64,000 nt of DNA from the human T2T-CHM13v2.0 reference genome, Homo sapiens (GCF_009914755.1 NC_060933.1), one strand, 5' to 3'. Numbered from the stretch's first letter, positions 28,062 through 43,694 are shown. Notes: generated by a model not told the origin, from the letters alone. Translations and numbers: made by a program.

Positions 28062-28320
28062 AATAGTAATAATAATAACACAGTGAGCCCTTACATAGCA
28101 TTTGCCTGTGCCAGGCACTATTCTAATTGCTGTATATACACTAACTCACTTAATCCTCCCAACAACCCTATGAACCATGTCCCATTATTATCCACATTTT
28201 AATAGATGAAAAAACTGAGGATCAGAGAGGTGAGTAATTTGCCCCAAGTTGCACACAGTGAGTGAGGGGCAGAGTTGGGAGTCAAACCCATGGAGTCAGG
28301 TTCCAGAGTCCATGCTCCAT
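28062..28320 (-). mobile_element. MIR, near full length
   Basis: tgtgccaggcactattctaa...ttaatcctcccaacaaccctatg...agatgaaaaaactgagg...agagaggtgagtaatttgcccc. Confidence 0.85.
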
Positions 28321-28334
28321 CATATCCATGTTCT

Positions 28335-28480
28335 GTTCTTTTCGGGCACAGGGTAAGACTACATTTCCCAGCCCCTCCCCCCGACAATTAGGTGTGACCA
28401 CCGAGTTTTGGGCAATGGAATATGAACAAAGACGATGTGTGCCATGCCCAGGTTGGCCTGTAAAACCATTCCATGGGTAT
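28335..28480 (+). mobile_element. Old LTR fragment (MLT1I/J or LTR16-like)
   Basis: ctacatttcccagcc...ttaggtgtgacc...gagttttgggcaatggaatatg...gatgtgtgcca. Confidence 0.6.
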
Positions 28481-29345
28481 TCTGTGCTCTTTTCCATCCA
28501 CAGTGTGAGTGGGGAAAAAATGCAAGGACCTGAAACAGGAAGAAACCCCCCAGATCCCAAATCCCTATGGCAAGCCTGGAAGGGGACACCACTATGTCAC
28601 GAGAGAAACCATCCCAAGGAGGGCAGTCTCACGAGCTGACAGCCTCCAGGTGTGGCGTCTTTGGGTATGCCTCAGAGGAGGTCACCCTCTTCCCAGACCC
28701 CACCAACCATGGACTGAGCATGGCAGAGGAACAAGGGCTCCTCACTTCTGGCCAGTGTAAGACCTGACTACAGGTGATCTCTGAGCCCACTGGTCCAGCT
28801 GGAACTTTCTTAGAGCAGTGCTGCTGCCAGGGACTGTTCCTACCCGAGCCTCTTTCCTTCCCCACACCCTTTACTGATGTCAGACCCACCGCACAGTCTG
28901 AAGGCTCACCCTGCCCATCTCTCTTCATATCCTTTCAAAGGAATTTCCCCAGGGCCCCTCTAACTCTGAGCATCTGCTTCCCAGAACACCAACCAACACA
29001 CCCCTTCAAGCTGCACTTGACAATGACATAAGCAAGAAATAACTTTCATGCATGAAACTTCTGGGCTATAGAGGTGTAGTCACTACAGAGAGGCCGCATC
29101 ATCTAACAAACATCCTTAAACGCCTGCTGTAAGCATTTTGAAACATAAAGAATCAGCACACCTGGGGAACTATTAAAGAAGGGTAAAGACAGTTGAGAGA
29201 GACAAGAAAAGATTATGGGAAAGGGTACAAAGTATATATGCCTTACATTTTAAAAAGTGTTCTCCTATCATTCAAGACACTTACGTCAAACCAGAATTTC
29301 AGGGATACAGCCAGATATAACTAAGGTATGCTGAGTTTGGCTGTC

Positions 29346-29661
29346 TTTTTTTTTTTTTTTTTTTTAAAGACAGGATCTCCCTCTGTCACTGAAGCTGGAG
29401 TGCAGTGGTGCCATCATGGCTCACAGCAGCCTCAACCTCCTGGGCTCAAGTGATCCTCCCACCTCAGCCTCCTGAGTACCTGGGACCACAGGTGCACACC
29501 ACCACCACCACACTAATTTTTTAATTTTTTGTAGAGACATGTCTCACTGTGTTGCCTAAACTGGTCTTGAACTCCTGGACTTGAACTCCCAGTATCAAGC
29601 AATCCTCCCACCTTGGCCTTCCAAAGTGCTAGGATAACAGGCATGAGCCATCATGCCCTGC
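29346..29661 (-). mobile_element. Alu (AluJ-like) with a short internal duplication (cttgaactcc twice)
   Basis: Reverse-complement dimer with a long T tail. Confidence 0.93.
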
Positions 29662-31984
29662 TGAACTAGGTTATCTTATTCGCCTCTGTCCCCCTTTGCC
29701 TATCAAAGAGTTTGGCCCCAAACAGGTGTTTAATACATCCTAGCTGGACTAAATTACTGCTGCCTGGCAGATACAATCACTGCTGGTGGGTAGAGCCTGA
29801 AATAAAAGTAGTCATATCCATAGCTCTGTCCCAAACAGCTTATTAACTCCAGCCATCTTGAGTTTTTCACACCCCTTCCCCGGGGTGATGGACAGACCAT
29901 CTGCTTCTAAAAGTCTCCAGAGAGCCAGGCTGTCCATCCTGAATACTGAGAAAAACTGGCATTTCTGTATTCTCCCTGAAGCTGTCACTCTGAATTCTTG
30001 GCCGGCTGCAGACTGTGTTATTTGAAGATGATGGAGCCATAGCACACATCTCTCCTCTGCACTATTAAAGCCAATTACCCAATTTACAAAATGTTTCTCA
30101 AAGACTGGGAGATACAAACTGCGTTTCCTAATTAGCTGTCAGTAAGCCTCCCCACATATGCAGGTGTGACATTTTTAAAAGTCAGGGTCACAAACACAAA
30201 GTGTACTCGGGCTGCCGATCAGGAGAGGGGTGCTCTTTTCTGCAGGTTTGTGCAAATATCACATGTTGGCAGCCCTTCTCCGGGGGTGGGGGCTGGATCG
30301 CCCTCTTAAGAGATACCAAACTCCAACTACGTGTGCCACCAAGCCATCGCCACTCCTTTCCATTCCACATTTGTGGGGCACATTGGTTCAACATTGGCTG
30401 GGCGCCTGAGCTAGGTAGGGGAAGATGAGATGGGTAAGACTGGGTCCTTGCTCTCATGGGATTTATAATGTGGAGTGGGTGAGAGACATGGAAATAATTT
30501 AGCAACATGTAGTAAATGGTGTAATGGAGGGTTGGACCTGGAGTTAGAGAATATTCATTCATCCCATAAACGCACCCTGGGTGATGAAGAACCAGGTCTC
30601 ATGGTAGATGCTGAAGACGCATAAAAAGTGACATACAGTCTTGGCCATCAGGGAGCTTTCCATTCAGGAGGGAAGAGAAGATTCAAACAAAAAGCCATAA
30701 CACAGGGCAGGATAGAAGTGGGAGCAATGGCAGAGACAAAAGTCACGCAAAAAAGGAAGGAATATTCAAATTGCACTGAGATATTCTGCCAAGACTTCTT
30801 GGAGGAGGCGGCATTTGAGCTGAGCCTTGCGAGAGGAACAAGAGACTGAGGTGGTGGGAGGGCACACCAGGCTGAGTTACCAGCAAGAGTGAAGGCTTGG
30901 AAATAGGAAGTTGCGGGGCACCTTGGAGAAGAGGTCCATCGTGTTCACTAGCAGGAGCACAGGATGGAGAAGGGATGGGTGGGTTCGGACTGGCTTGAGC
31001 CAGTGCGTCGGGAACACTGAACACAGGTAGGTGTGGTTTTCTTTCCTTCAGGCAGTAAGAAGTCACTGCAGCACTTTCACCAGGGGAGTGCCGAGAGGGA
31101 AGAGGCACTTGCTTTACACAGATGCCTCTGGCAGCTGGGGCAGAGGAGGAAGACCCAATGGGGAGGAAGGAGGCTAGGGAGAGGTGGGTGCATTGGTCCA
31201 GGCGTGAAGTGCTGGTGGATGGCTTGGCAAGCAACTTGGCCTAGCACCCCTAGGAGAGACATGTGTCCACTGGGGAATTCATTAGCTAAAGGCCTGTGAG
31301 GCGTGGGTTTGACCAATTCATGATATCAACAAGACTCGTTCAAATGAGTCCATCTCAGTAGTCTCCTTCATGGGAGGTCAATGATGGGAGAGACTGATGA
31401 GGAAAGAGATCGAAGAAAGAATAAACCAGCTATGTCAGGCATAGGATATGAGCTCCAGACCTGCCACTGCCTCACTCTGTGACCCCCACCTCATCTATGC
31501 TTCACTTAAAAAACAAAAATGTTGAGTTAGCAGATTTGTCATTCAGCAGAGTTTGCAAAGCAAAGCAGGCTATACTTTGGCAATAAACAAACCCTAAATG
31601 TCAATGGGTCACCCCAGGAAAAGTTGATTCCTCTCTCAAGCAAGGGGGGCACTTGACACATCCCAGACACCTAGGAGCCCAAGCTAATGGAACAACCGCC
31701 ATCTTGAATGCAGCCAGTTGCTAATGGGGAAGGAAAATGAAAACTCTGGAGAGGCTCAGCCAGCAATTAAATTGACCTCATTGACTGGACATGGCCCATG
31801 AGACAGGCATGGCCCCACCCAAGTATAAGGGACACAAAGTGCAACTTACTAAGTGAGGAGAGAACCAGATACCTGGGAGCCTACTATGACTGCCACAGAT
31901 GATCTCTCAGATCCCTTCCAGCCTACCAGTGTGTGTTTTTGTCTGCACTCAAGGCCAGATTTTGGTTCAATTTATACATATCCA

Positions 31985-32235
31985 GCTAACATTTATTTAA
32001 TACTGACCTATGTGCTAGGAAATAAGCTAAATTCTTTTTACGCATTAGCCCACTTACTATTTATATTTAATATTTGCAGTGACTCCATGGGGTAGATACT
32101 GTTATTAGCATTCATTTAACAGAGGAGGAAAGACAGGTTCAGGGAGCTTAACTGACAAGTTCAAGATTACATGACTGGTAAGCCATGAAGCCTGCACTCA
32201 AACCCAGGCTATCATACTCCAAACCTTATGCTCTT
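31985..32235 (-). mobile_element. MIR
   Basis: gctaacatttatt...tatgtgctagg...ttaacagaggaggaaagacaggttcagggag. Confidence 0.7.
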
Positions 32236-32611
32236 AGAAATAAGGCCATCTCTTTAGAGCTGGCCAGAGATAGTGTAAAAGGCCTTGGAAAGCAGTAATA
32301 AGTCATCAGGAGAGTGTTGTAGAAATGATTATTTCACCAAGTGAAGGAATAGATTCTAATCCTGAGAATCCATAAGGGAAGGCAAAGAGCCAGGGAAAGT
32401 GAGGATATGTCTTAGAACAGCAAGTCCAGTAACTCTCCAGGTTGGAGCACTAAAAGGGTGAATGGTAGATGCGAGGGGTGAGACTGGAAAAGGAGGTTGG
32501 GGCAGCCTCTGGTAGGCCCTGAGCCAGCCAGTGCCAGCTTAAGGAGGTTGCCCCTTATTTTTCAGTCCATAGGGAGTTTCCCTTTGTTTTGTTTTACCAC
32601 TTTATTTTAGT

Positions 32612-32779
32612 TATTTATTTTTTCTTTTTTGAAGACAGGGTCTCACTCTGTTGCCCAGGCTGGAGTGCAGTGGTACAATCACGGCTCACTGCAGCTTTGA
32701 CCTCCTTGGCCTCAAGCGAGCCTCCCACCTAGGTCTCCTAAAGCTCTGGGATTACAGGCGTGAGCCACCATGCCTGGCC
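32612..32779 (-). mobile_element. Monomeric Alu (FAM/FRAM-like or arm-recombinant)
   Basis: Single ~165-bp monomer with a left-arm-type 5' end and a right-arm-type 3' end. Confidence 0.85.
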
Positions 32780-34668
32780 ATTCTAATTATTTTTAAGTGT
32801 ACAACTCAGTGGCATTAAGTGCACTCACCATGTTGTGTAACCATCACCACTGTCTATTTCCGGAATGTTTTCATTATCCCAAACAGAAAAGCTCTGCACC
32901 CATTAAACCCTGGGGCTTCTCAAGAGTGCTTCGACCTGATCATGACATCGCCAGAGCTGAGGACAGGGACGACGATCCTGGCAGCCACTTGAAGGTCGTT
33001 ATTCAAGTGAGGAAGGGCAGGGCGTGGGGAGGGGTGAGAGACCAGTGCAGTGGTCCAGGGACAATGGCAGGAGCAGGGGGAAGGGGTCAGATCAGAACAA
33101 GAGGAAGAGTAGCCTCTAGGAGAGAGGGGAGTCCTAGTTTCCTTCAGGGGCTGTGTGAGTCTGGGCCACCAGGACCCCCTGAGGTAGAGAAGCCAGGAGG
33201 GGGTGCTGGGTCCAGGGGACACTGCTGAGTCCAGCACTGGGCACAAGGCTGGTGAGGCACTGGCCAGCTGCCCACGCTACCGACTTTCCCTTGGGAGCCA
33301 CGTCCCCGAATCTGACAGTCCTTCCTAGCACACGGGCCAGAGCTATCCCGACAGCTACCCCATGTGCAAACACCCACTGGCCGCCTGCTCACAGATGAAG
33401 GGGGGCTGTAGGGTGGGTCCTCACCCCGTCACCGTGGCCACAGTCATTCCTCAGGTGCCCATGCTCCCTCTGCAGCGACTCAGCTGGAGTTAATTATGTG
33501 CCTCGCTTGTCCTCCAGCTGGGGACATGGTGGTCACTCCCCCACCTGACAGATGAGAGCTGGGCTACTGTCACACATCACTGTGATGAGGGACTCTACTC
33601 AAGGGCTCCAATTCTCCAAGCCTGGCATAAGTCCTTCCGCCTCTCTGCATCACAAGCTGCTGCAGGCACCTGTTTTCAGAGGCCCATCCCAGAGGCGATT
33701 TCCCCAACACCCCAACATCTCAGGTCTGATCCCACAGGCACAGTGTCGCCCACACTTGGAGGTTGTAAGGGGGTTCTGGGGTCCAGGCTGCACAAGCAGC
33801 CTTGGGCACAGCTGTGTTCCCATCTCAACATCCTGCTCCCAGGTCCCAGCTCCTCTACATCTGAAGTCCTAATGCACCTTCCCAGTGTCTAGCCCCAGGA
33901 CTCAATTCTGGCCCGCCTCCCACCCCGTGGCTGAGAGCCTGCTAAGGGGTCCCCAAGCCCATCACGACACTGCCTGCGCAGGGGGTGACGCCTGGTGCTG
34001 CCCCTGGATTCACGGAAGAATGTGAGGCCTCTCCCTGCCTAGGAAAGGGGGCAAAGGGGTTTCAGCTTGGAACCTTGCTAGACGGACAGACCAGCAAACA
34101 GATGCCACCAAGTGCTGGGAGGGGAGGGGAAGGGAGGGGCTCCGGGAGAGGAATTTGCTGGAGGGGTGGGGCCCAGGGAAGGTTCCTATGGCTCATTGAG
34201 GCAGCAGTTTGGGACCAGTGCATTTAGGAGCATAACCGCCTCTGGGGAAGCCCCTCGGCAGGACCCCTCAACAAGATGGCTGGCAAAATCTGAAGAGCAG
34301 CAGCCTTTGGAAGGCCAGAGGGAGGTGCAGACCTGCACAGGGCAGCCCATCCCCAGAGGTGAAAGTCAAAGTCCACATCTGATAGGGGAGCTCACAAGCC
34401 TGGTCCTCCCTTTGTATAACAGGGAAGTAATGCTGGGAAGGCCTAACCATGGCACTCGAGGGAGCTGCATGGGGCAGAAGCTCGAGCCCTTTGCTAACCA
34501 TGAATGCTGAATTTATTCAGTTTGATGTGCTAGGCGTTTACTGAGGATCTCTTTCAGGCTGAGATCTGCCAGGCACTTGGCAAACAGGAGGAAACAGGTC
34601 AGAGCCCGGTTCTCAGGGAGCTCACGTGCCAGCGGGGATGAGAGAGGGCACAGTCACCGCAGAGAATG

Positions 34669-35037
34669 GTGTCTTAGTCTGCTTGGGCTTCTATCACAAA
34701 ATACCACAAACTGGACAGATTAGAAACAACAGAAACTTATTTCCCACCGTTCTGGAGGCCAGAAAGTTTGAGATCAAGGCGCCAGCAGATTTGGTGTCTA
34801 GTGAAGGCTGGTTTCCTGGTTTATGGACAGCGCCTTCTGGCTGGGTCCTCACATGGTGGGAGGGGAGAACAAGCTCCCTTGTACCTCTTTTATAAGGCAG
34901 AATCCATTCATGAGGGCTCCACCCTCGTGACCTAATCACCCCCCTTCCCAAAGGCCCTACCTCCTAATACCATCAGTTTGGGGGCTAGGATTTCAACATA
35001 TGACTCTTGGGGGAAAGGAAACTTTTAGACTGCAGCA
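34669..35037 (-). mobile_element. ERVL-MaLR LTR (MLT1A-like)
   Basis: tgtcttagtctg...aaataccacaaactgg...gttctggaggccagaaagtttgagatcaagg...ggatttcaacatatga...gcagca. Confidence 0.9.
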
Positions 35038-36933
35038 GATGGGAGAGCATATGATGAAAGGGGCAGCAGAGAGTGTGGGGCCTAGAGCCGGCCACCAGAT
35101 GTAGTGCCAGGAATCAGGGAAGCCTTCCTGCAGGGGCGGGGTGCTTGGTACTTGTGCTGAGTCTTGATGCTTAAGGAGAAGTCAGCCACATGGCCAGCCC
35201 ATTCCTCCCTATTCTTTGAGCTTGGTAGGGAGAGAGAATCCATGCTTTTGTTCTCTGCCAGGTCAGGAAAGCATTTTCCAAATGATACTTTACAAAAAAA
35301 CAAAAACAAAAAAACTAAAGAGAAATCAAAATGAAACTAAATAATGATATACAAAAGCACAAAATGGCCCCATATCTAGAGGGCCAATTCCTGGATAGAC
35401 AGGAGGCTGGAGGTTGTATTTATAAGGAAATGAGTTGCGTGAGAGAAGGAGGTTGCCCAGAGTACACAGCAATGGAGATGAGCCAATCTGGGTCTCCTCC
35501 CACAGCCATAAGTCCTCTTTCCCCAGCCACAGGTCCCCAAACCCTTAAGAGGGTATATGGCTTCTGCCATGACACCTGTGTCCCATCCCCTTTGCCTGGC
35601 CAAGTCCATGCATCTTGCTTTCTTCTGGAAGTCTTTGCCAGGTGAGATGCCCCTTCCATGGGCTGAGCCAGCACCCTCTGTTGGGGAAGGCCCATGGAGC
35701 CCCTGTCTCCTACATCTCTGTAGCTTAATGGTCAAGGGTCTGGCTTGAGCCAGGTGTCTGACTTCAAGTATCCCACTTACTAGCTGAAGGACCTTGGGCA
35801 AACTTTTAGCTTCAGTTTCCTCCCCCATAAACGAGGATGATAATAGTGTTTACATTATGCTGTTATGGTGAAGGTCAGATGAATTCATTCATTCAAAGGG
35901 CTGGAAAGAGTGCTGGCACCGGTGAACACTTGGGAGATGTTAGCTGTTCCATGTACTGCCTCAGGACCCCTGCACCTGCACACACTGAGTGCTCCTACCT
36001 GTTTGCTGAATTTTCCCAATGGGGGAAATAAAGGCAGTCACAGCACAGCCTTGGGGGTGGGGGCTCTGGCTTATGGGTTCCCTTCTCGGGCTTCACATTT
36101 ATATAGCTAAGAAGGACCAGGACCACACCTGCCCTCTCTGGTCCCTCCTGAGGAAATGGTAGGGGGATATCCTCAAAGCCCCCCTCCCAATTTTATTCCT
36201 ATAACAGCCTGGCCCAGCCCAGCCCTGCCATGGAAGGAGCCGGCGATGTGGTCACGACAGGACCATATGGGGACCTGCCCCTTGCTATTTCTCACTATTT
36301 TGGGCCAATCTGTTGACATGACAACCAGGCTTTTAGACCCTGCCGCCCAGGGCTCTGTTTCCATCCTTACGCTTGCATTCTGCAAAACACAGCCTCCATT
36401 CACCAGCTGCCTCCGCGTTTGGAGGGGCAGAGTCACAGATTCTGCAAGACCCCCTCCCCTTAACAGCTAGAGCAGGCAGCAGGTAAGACCTCCCACCAGC
36501 ATCCCTACTCCCAATATGCATGGGAATTGGCAGCTCCCCTCCCCAAAGCCTGCAAGCCTTAGGCAAGCACTGAGGGAGGCCAGGCGACCACCTCGAAGCT
36601 TTGCATGAAACCCCAGGGCTGACTCGCCTTCCCTAGCAGGAGCTGATAAGGCCCACCCCTATGCTGTGCTCAGTCTCCAGATACTCATATTTTAGGAAAT
36701 ATTAGGTCAACAAGGGATCCCAGGGGTTGTCTGGGCCAAGCACTGCATTGTGAACCCAAGTGGTGCAGCTTATCTGAGATCTGCAGGCCCCCACCCGTCA
36801 GCCTAGGATTCAGGCCACCCCACCAAGATTCCATACATGTTGCTCTAAAATAGATGGCAAAAAATGTGTGTGTTCTCCTGCACAACAGAGCATACAGAAT
36901 TTTATTCTTATGCTGGGAACTTTGTGATCACAA

Positions 36934-36970
36934 ACAACATGCCAGGGACAACATGCCAGGGACAACATGC
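36934..36970. repeat. 14-bp tandem repeat ACAACATGCCAGGG x2.6
   Basis: Directly visible. Confidence 0.9.
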
Positions 36971-37442
36971 ATGGGCTGAGTGCCCACTAGGGTGGCAATA
37001 ACAGCAGCCAGAAATAATAATAATGGCACTGAACTCCTGAAGCTTGCTATGTGGCAGGGAAAATCCTGCACACTTCACAAGCATCATCTCATGAAGCTGC
37101 ATGTCCACAGCAACCCCCATTTTACAGAGTTGGAAACAGAAGCTCAAAGAGTTTACATAACCAACTCCAGGACACACAGACAGCAGGAGGGAAGCTGGGC
37201 TTGAGGCCAGCCTGTCTGTGCACTCACCCACAACCTCATGAATCTTGGTGGTTGGAGGGCTCAAGGATGAAGTGGCAGCAAGCATCACTGCCTTCCCAGA
37301 ATCCCCAGAGCCACCTGGGGTGAGGGCACAGGTAAGGAAATTTCCAGCAATGCACTCAGAGCAATAAGAAAAAATGCTGGGGAGGGGAAGGGTAGATGAT
37401 TGGGAAGAGCAGGGAAGAGAGTATTCACTTATAAGTAAGCTC

Positions 37443-37787
<345 letters not shown>

Positions 37788-40768
37788 TAAGCTAGGCTCA
37801 TTCAATGACAACATCCACCTGAAAAATTTCTTTCTTAGAAGAGGCCAGTGACTAGAACTGAGGAGGCCAGAGAGACATCTTGGAGGAGCAGGCTTTTGAA
37901 AAGGAAGGACAGGAGCGTCTTCATTTTCCACAGTTCAGGAAGTGCATCACCTACTCTACAGGTAGAAAGTATGAGATTCATACGCCACACCCATTGCATC
38001 CTCCACACTCTCTAGAAACAGGGTGAACACAAAACTACACAGGGAGATCTATTGTTAATATCGTGCATAAAGAAGAAAACAAAGGAATTTTGCTAGGAGG
38101 CTGGCGGGTGCAGTCAGCTGAAATAAATAAATTAAAATGCGGCATTGTTGTCTCTGTGTACATTTGTTTTAATTACTGTTTACTGAAAAACTAAAACTTC
38201 ACATAGGAAAGAAGAAGAAAAAAAAAATCCCCAAACGTGCGTAACCAGTGTCTGTACGACAGATCTAACTTGGGGCGGGTGGGGTGGGACTTTCGTCTTC
38301 AGCTGTCACAGCAGCACCCAACCAGGGGTGCGCACACAGCAGATCAAGCATCTGGAACGGGCTTCCACATGGCTGGCAGACACTTGGACCTAAAAGCTCA
38401 TCCAGCGAGCATGAACCTGGCTACCTAGGAGGCGGCATCACACAGCAACCCAGCCTCCAAGCCCACCTACAGGCCACGTGAGATGGGCAGAATTTTCCCT
38501 GTTCCATCACAGTACACCACATGTCCTCTATATGGTTTTCACTCTGTCTTTTATTAACAAGCCTCTTATAGACATAAATGGCTCCCCTGCCCCCTACCTC
38601 CTTATCCCTCTGAAGTAGACCTACCTGAAGGCAAGAACCATGCCTGTGCCATCTTTCTTGGGCCTGGCACTGAGCTCAGGCTGACCGGGAGACAAGACGG
38701 GCACCCCCAGCTGCTGTATCTGTGGGGAATGGCAGAGAAGGCCTCATTCCTGGGTGGGATCTTTGGTGGCCTTGAAGGTGAGGACTCCAACCTAGGGGTT
38801 TCAAACTCAGTTCCTCAGGAGGCCTCTTGAAGAAAGACTGACATGGCATGACCCTACTGGGCAAGGCTCTGAGTCCCCACCACCATTTAACCAGAAGGGT
38901 TCCCTTCTGGAGATTTTATATGTGGGCTTCTAGCAAATTTTGTTGGAATGGAAGGTTCTGTAGACAAGCAGAACAATGAACACCAGGAGACTAGAGCAGC
39001 CCCCTGAGGGCCTTGCCATAGTGGCTGGGCCTCACTCCATCACCTTGGGTCCTCTCAACCTAGGACCTGCAATGGACATACCAGGCCTGTTTAGCAAATG
39101 AACAGAGAAAACAAAACAAAACCTCTCAAGAAACCAGGGTAATCTTAAAGTTTCAACACAGGGTGAGGGGCCAGTGTTTTCTCCTGACCTGATGGAGGTT
39201 GAATTACACATGACCTTCAATCCCAGGCTGAGGGGGCCACCTCTGTCCTACGGAGCATGTGGCCCCAGGCCCCTCAGACACAGTATGCAGTGGTGCTGAC
39301 GGGCTCTGAGCAGGGCATGCGGGTATACAGTGACCTGCCCAAGGAGGCTTAGGTGTAAACTCAGGACACCAAACAGACCTGGGGACCCCACCCCGCATGG
39401 CACCAGGAGGCTTTGGCCAAGTTGAGAAGAGGGGGACAGCACAGTGTCTGAAATAGAAGGTGAGGTAGGAATGCCAGGGAGAGATGGGGGTGGGTACAAG
39501 GCAGTTTGAGGACTGACCAGCCCGGTCTGGCTAAAGCAGGCAGTAGGAGAAATGGGCAGAGCAGGAGCTCCACAGTATTAATAGAAACTGCCTGGATGCA
39601 GAGAGTGGGAATGCAAAGAGTCAATTAAGAAAGGGGCAGGCACGCGCTGGCTAATTGCTGAAGCTGGGGGATGGGCTCATGGAGGCAGCTTATCCTACTC
39701 TTTCTACTGAGGCATGCATCTGAAATCATCCATCATAAAAAGCTCAAGAAAAAATAAGAAGAACAAGGAAGGGCTGTGCAGCCCCCCAAATCTCCCCTTT
39801 TCTCATTTCAATGATTCCAGGCACATCTGCAGGAAATATACAACCAGAGGCCCAAATCACAGCTAAGATGACAGGCATCAGGGCTGCAAAGATGGAACAG
39901 CTCCTCCTTCTCTGCTGGGCAGAGCACTTCTTCCCAGGGAGTATTTCTAGCTGACCTCCCCGCTCCAATAGCATCAACCATCATCTGTAGGCTGATGACC
40001 CCAAATCCCAACCTCCACCTCCCTGAAGCTCCAGACCACACATCTCCACCTGGGTGACCCACAGGTCCAAACCTGGACTGGCCATCTTCCCCTAAAATGT
40101 GGTCAGTGTCCCAGAAGGCAGAATACAGATGTGACTGGGTGAGAGAGGGGCTCTAGATTCTGACTCTGAGAAACCTGCTTTCTCTGCATAAGCCTTCTGC
40201 ATAGGCATGGTGCTCAGCAAGTGCCCAGTACAAAGAAGGGCTCAGTAAACATCAGCTGTCACCATGACTATTGTTATTTGCATTCATGTTAGTATCAACG
40301 TTCACCTCTGCAGGTTCCCCAAGGCAGAAAACTGGGAGCCGTCCAAGACTCCATCGTTGCGTGGCCCCTCACACCTAGCCAGTCTCAAGTCCCGTACGTT
40401 CTACTCACTGAGTATCCACGGAACCGTGCCAGCCTCTGCACCGCACCGCCACATGCGTGTGTCTGGCCTCACTGTGGCAGGTGACTCTGCTTCCAGGCCT
40501 GCTACCTCCCCTCTGCTGGTCACCTCCCTTCAGAGTGATCTCCCTAAAATGAAAAGCTTATCATGTCCCTCACTGATCAAAAGGCTTTCATGGCCCTCTG
40601 GTCCCCCGGTGAGCACCCTATTACTGTGCTTTCCAAGGCTCAGCTCACATGTCACTTTCTGCTCCAAATCCTCCCTGATCCCAGTAAACAGGACTGACCA
40701 CTTCCACCCTGTGCCCCACTGACCTCATACAAACTTCTACAACAATAACAGTGCTGCTCAGACTGTCA

Positions 40769-41221
<453 letters not shown>

Positions 41222-41586
41222 TTAATTTTTTAAAGGACATAAGAAGGAAGGAGGAGGAGGGAAGGGAAGGCACCATCTCAAAGTGAAGGGTGTTCTTTAA
41301 AACAACAAAGTCAGCTCTGTTAAAAACTTACCCTTATTTTCCTCAGGGCACCATGGTCTCTTGAAGCTCTGTTAAGGCCAGTATGGGCCAAGGGCTGGTC
41401 ATTGTGAATGTTTCCTGGTTTGTTCCCATCTCCCACTGGAAGCTGTGAGTGACTTTCAGGTGGGCACTGCCAGGCTGAGCCTGGAGATGCAAGTGTGGGG
41501 TAGTGGATGTCAAGCCCCAGCTGCCTGCGATTGCCAAAGTCAAGTACAGCACAAACAATGTGACCACAGGGAAGACCCTTAGCTGA

Positions 41587-42225
<639 letters not shown>

Positions 42226-43694
42226 TACAACTCCTCATTTTAATATCGCTCAGGAAGCACACCCTGCAATAACGATGATCATAATAATCCTAAAACAAAC
42301 CTGCCCAAGCACTAGGGAACAATTTGAAATTGTTAATTGATTCAGTGGGAGGGGAGAAAACTGGAGGAAAGAGAGTGCAAGTTCTCACGGAGATGCTCGG
42401 TTTCTTTTTTTAGCAAACTACCTTGTGCCTGTCACAGTCTTCCCTGAAACACCCAAACATTCACTGGATTCCACAACGTGGGGCCATAGTCTGTACTGGA
42501 GAGTCCAGTATGCTACAGGCAGGAGCAGACATGGCCTGGGTTCAGCTGTGTGGCCTTAGGCAAGTCACTTTGCTTCTCTGGGCCTTCCAATCCTATCTAT
42601 AAAGTGTAGTGATTCCTTATCTAGCTGTAGGGAGGGCCGGCAGACACAGGAAAACACAGGCTCTGGAAACACGAGGACTTGGCCACCCCCAAGGGACTAC
42701 TGCTGGTATTCTTGTTGTTGCTAAGAAGACTGAATGCTCAGCAAATTTGGACTAAGAGAGAAATGGGTTTCATGTCAATAAATACCCCCACTCTCTCTGC
42801 CCCGTCTCCTACAGAGCACCTCATTTCATTTGCCAAGGCATTCCCTGTTTCAGAAAGATAAACAAGATCCCCAAAGGCTGGAAATCATTCTTCCAGCAAC
42901 TTCCTCATTGTCCTGTTACAACTAAGATCTGGGTGGACATTCTCAGGCAAAGGATTTGGTCTGGAACTTTTCCACTGTGTTTCCTCAATGGCCAAGGTTC
43001 ATTCATGCTAGAGAGAGGAGGAATTTAATATCGCTAATTACTTTTTAGGGAGCAGTTTCATCCTGGAAATTTTGAAATTGATTTCTTATCCAGTTTCCCC
43101 TTGGTTGATATTATTCTCTCAAGATCCTTACTGAACCTTCCAACAACACTTCTTTTATTCTCCTTCATGCTCCAGCTCTACGTTTGCTTTTTTTGTCCTC
43201 CCTCAAGGGCAAGGATCACCTCTCTGATTTTTGCCTCCCACCCTGGGCCTGGCACACAAGTCAGGCTCCACCAGTGCACTAGAGAAACAAAGACACAAAG
43301 ATGTGATTTTCCCTAAGCATGCTTTCTGCAACTGCAGCTCAGAAATCTCAAACGGTTCAAGATAAGAAACTGGCCCAAAGCTGATTAATTTTGCAAAACA
43401 GACCTTCCAGGGTAGCACACAAGATCTTCAGAAAGAATATTCTGGTTCTTACTTCCCACTGAGAGCTTCAGGGACCATAATTAGAGCAGCATGGAGCAAC
43501 AGACTCCGCTCTGGTTCACTAAACCCCAAGAACCTTCCTACCAACATGGACAAAAATAACGTCCCGTTCCATCTGAAAATATCACCTAGAATTCAGATGT
43601 GTGCTCTCTCATTGTGTTCTGTGCATTTTTAAGTAGCTCTGTTTGGCTGGGTTTTGACAGCTGGAAGCTGAGGCTTGGAGACCCGCCCGGGCAC

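Noticed and set aside
34825-34834. REST/RE1 sites (GGACAGCGCC here; TTCAGCACC near 12219 and, reversed, near 3384)
   Set aside because: Only isolated half-sites; no full 21-bp RE1 found by eye.
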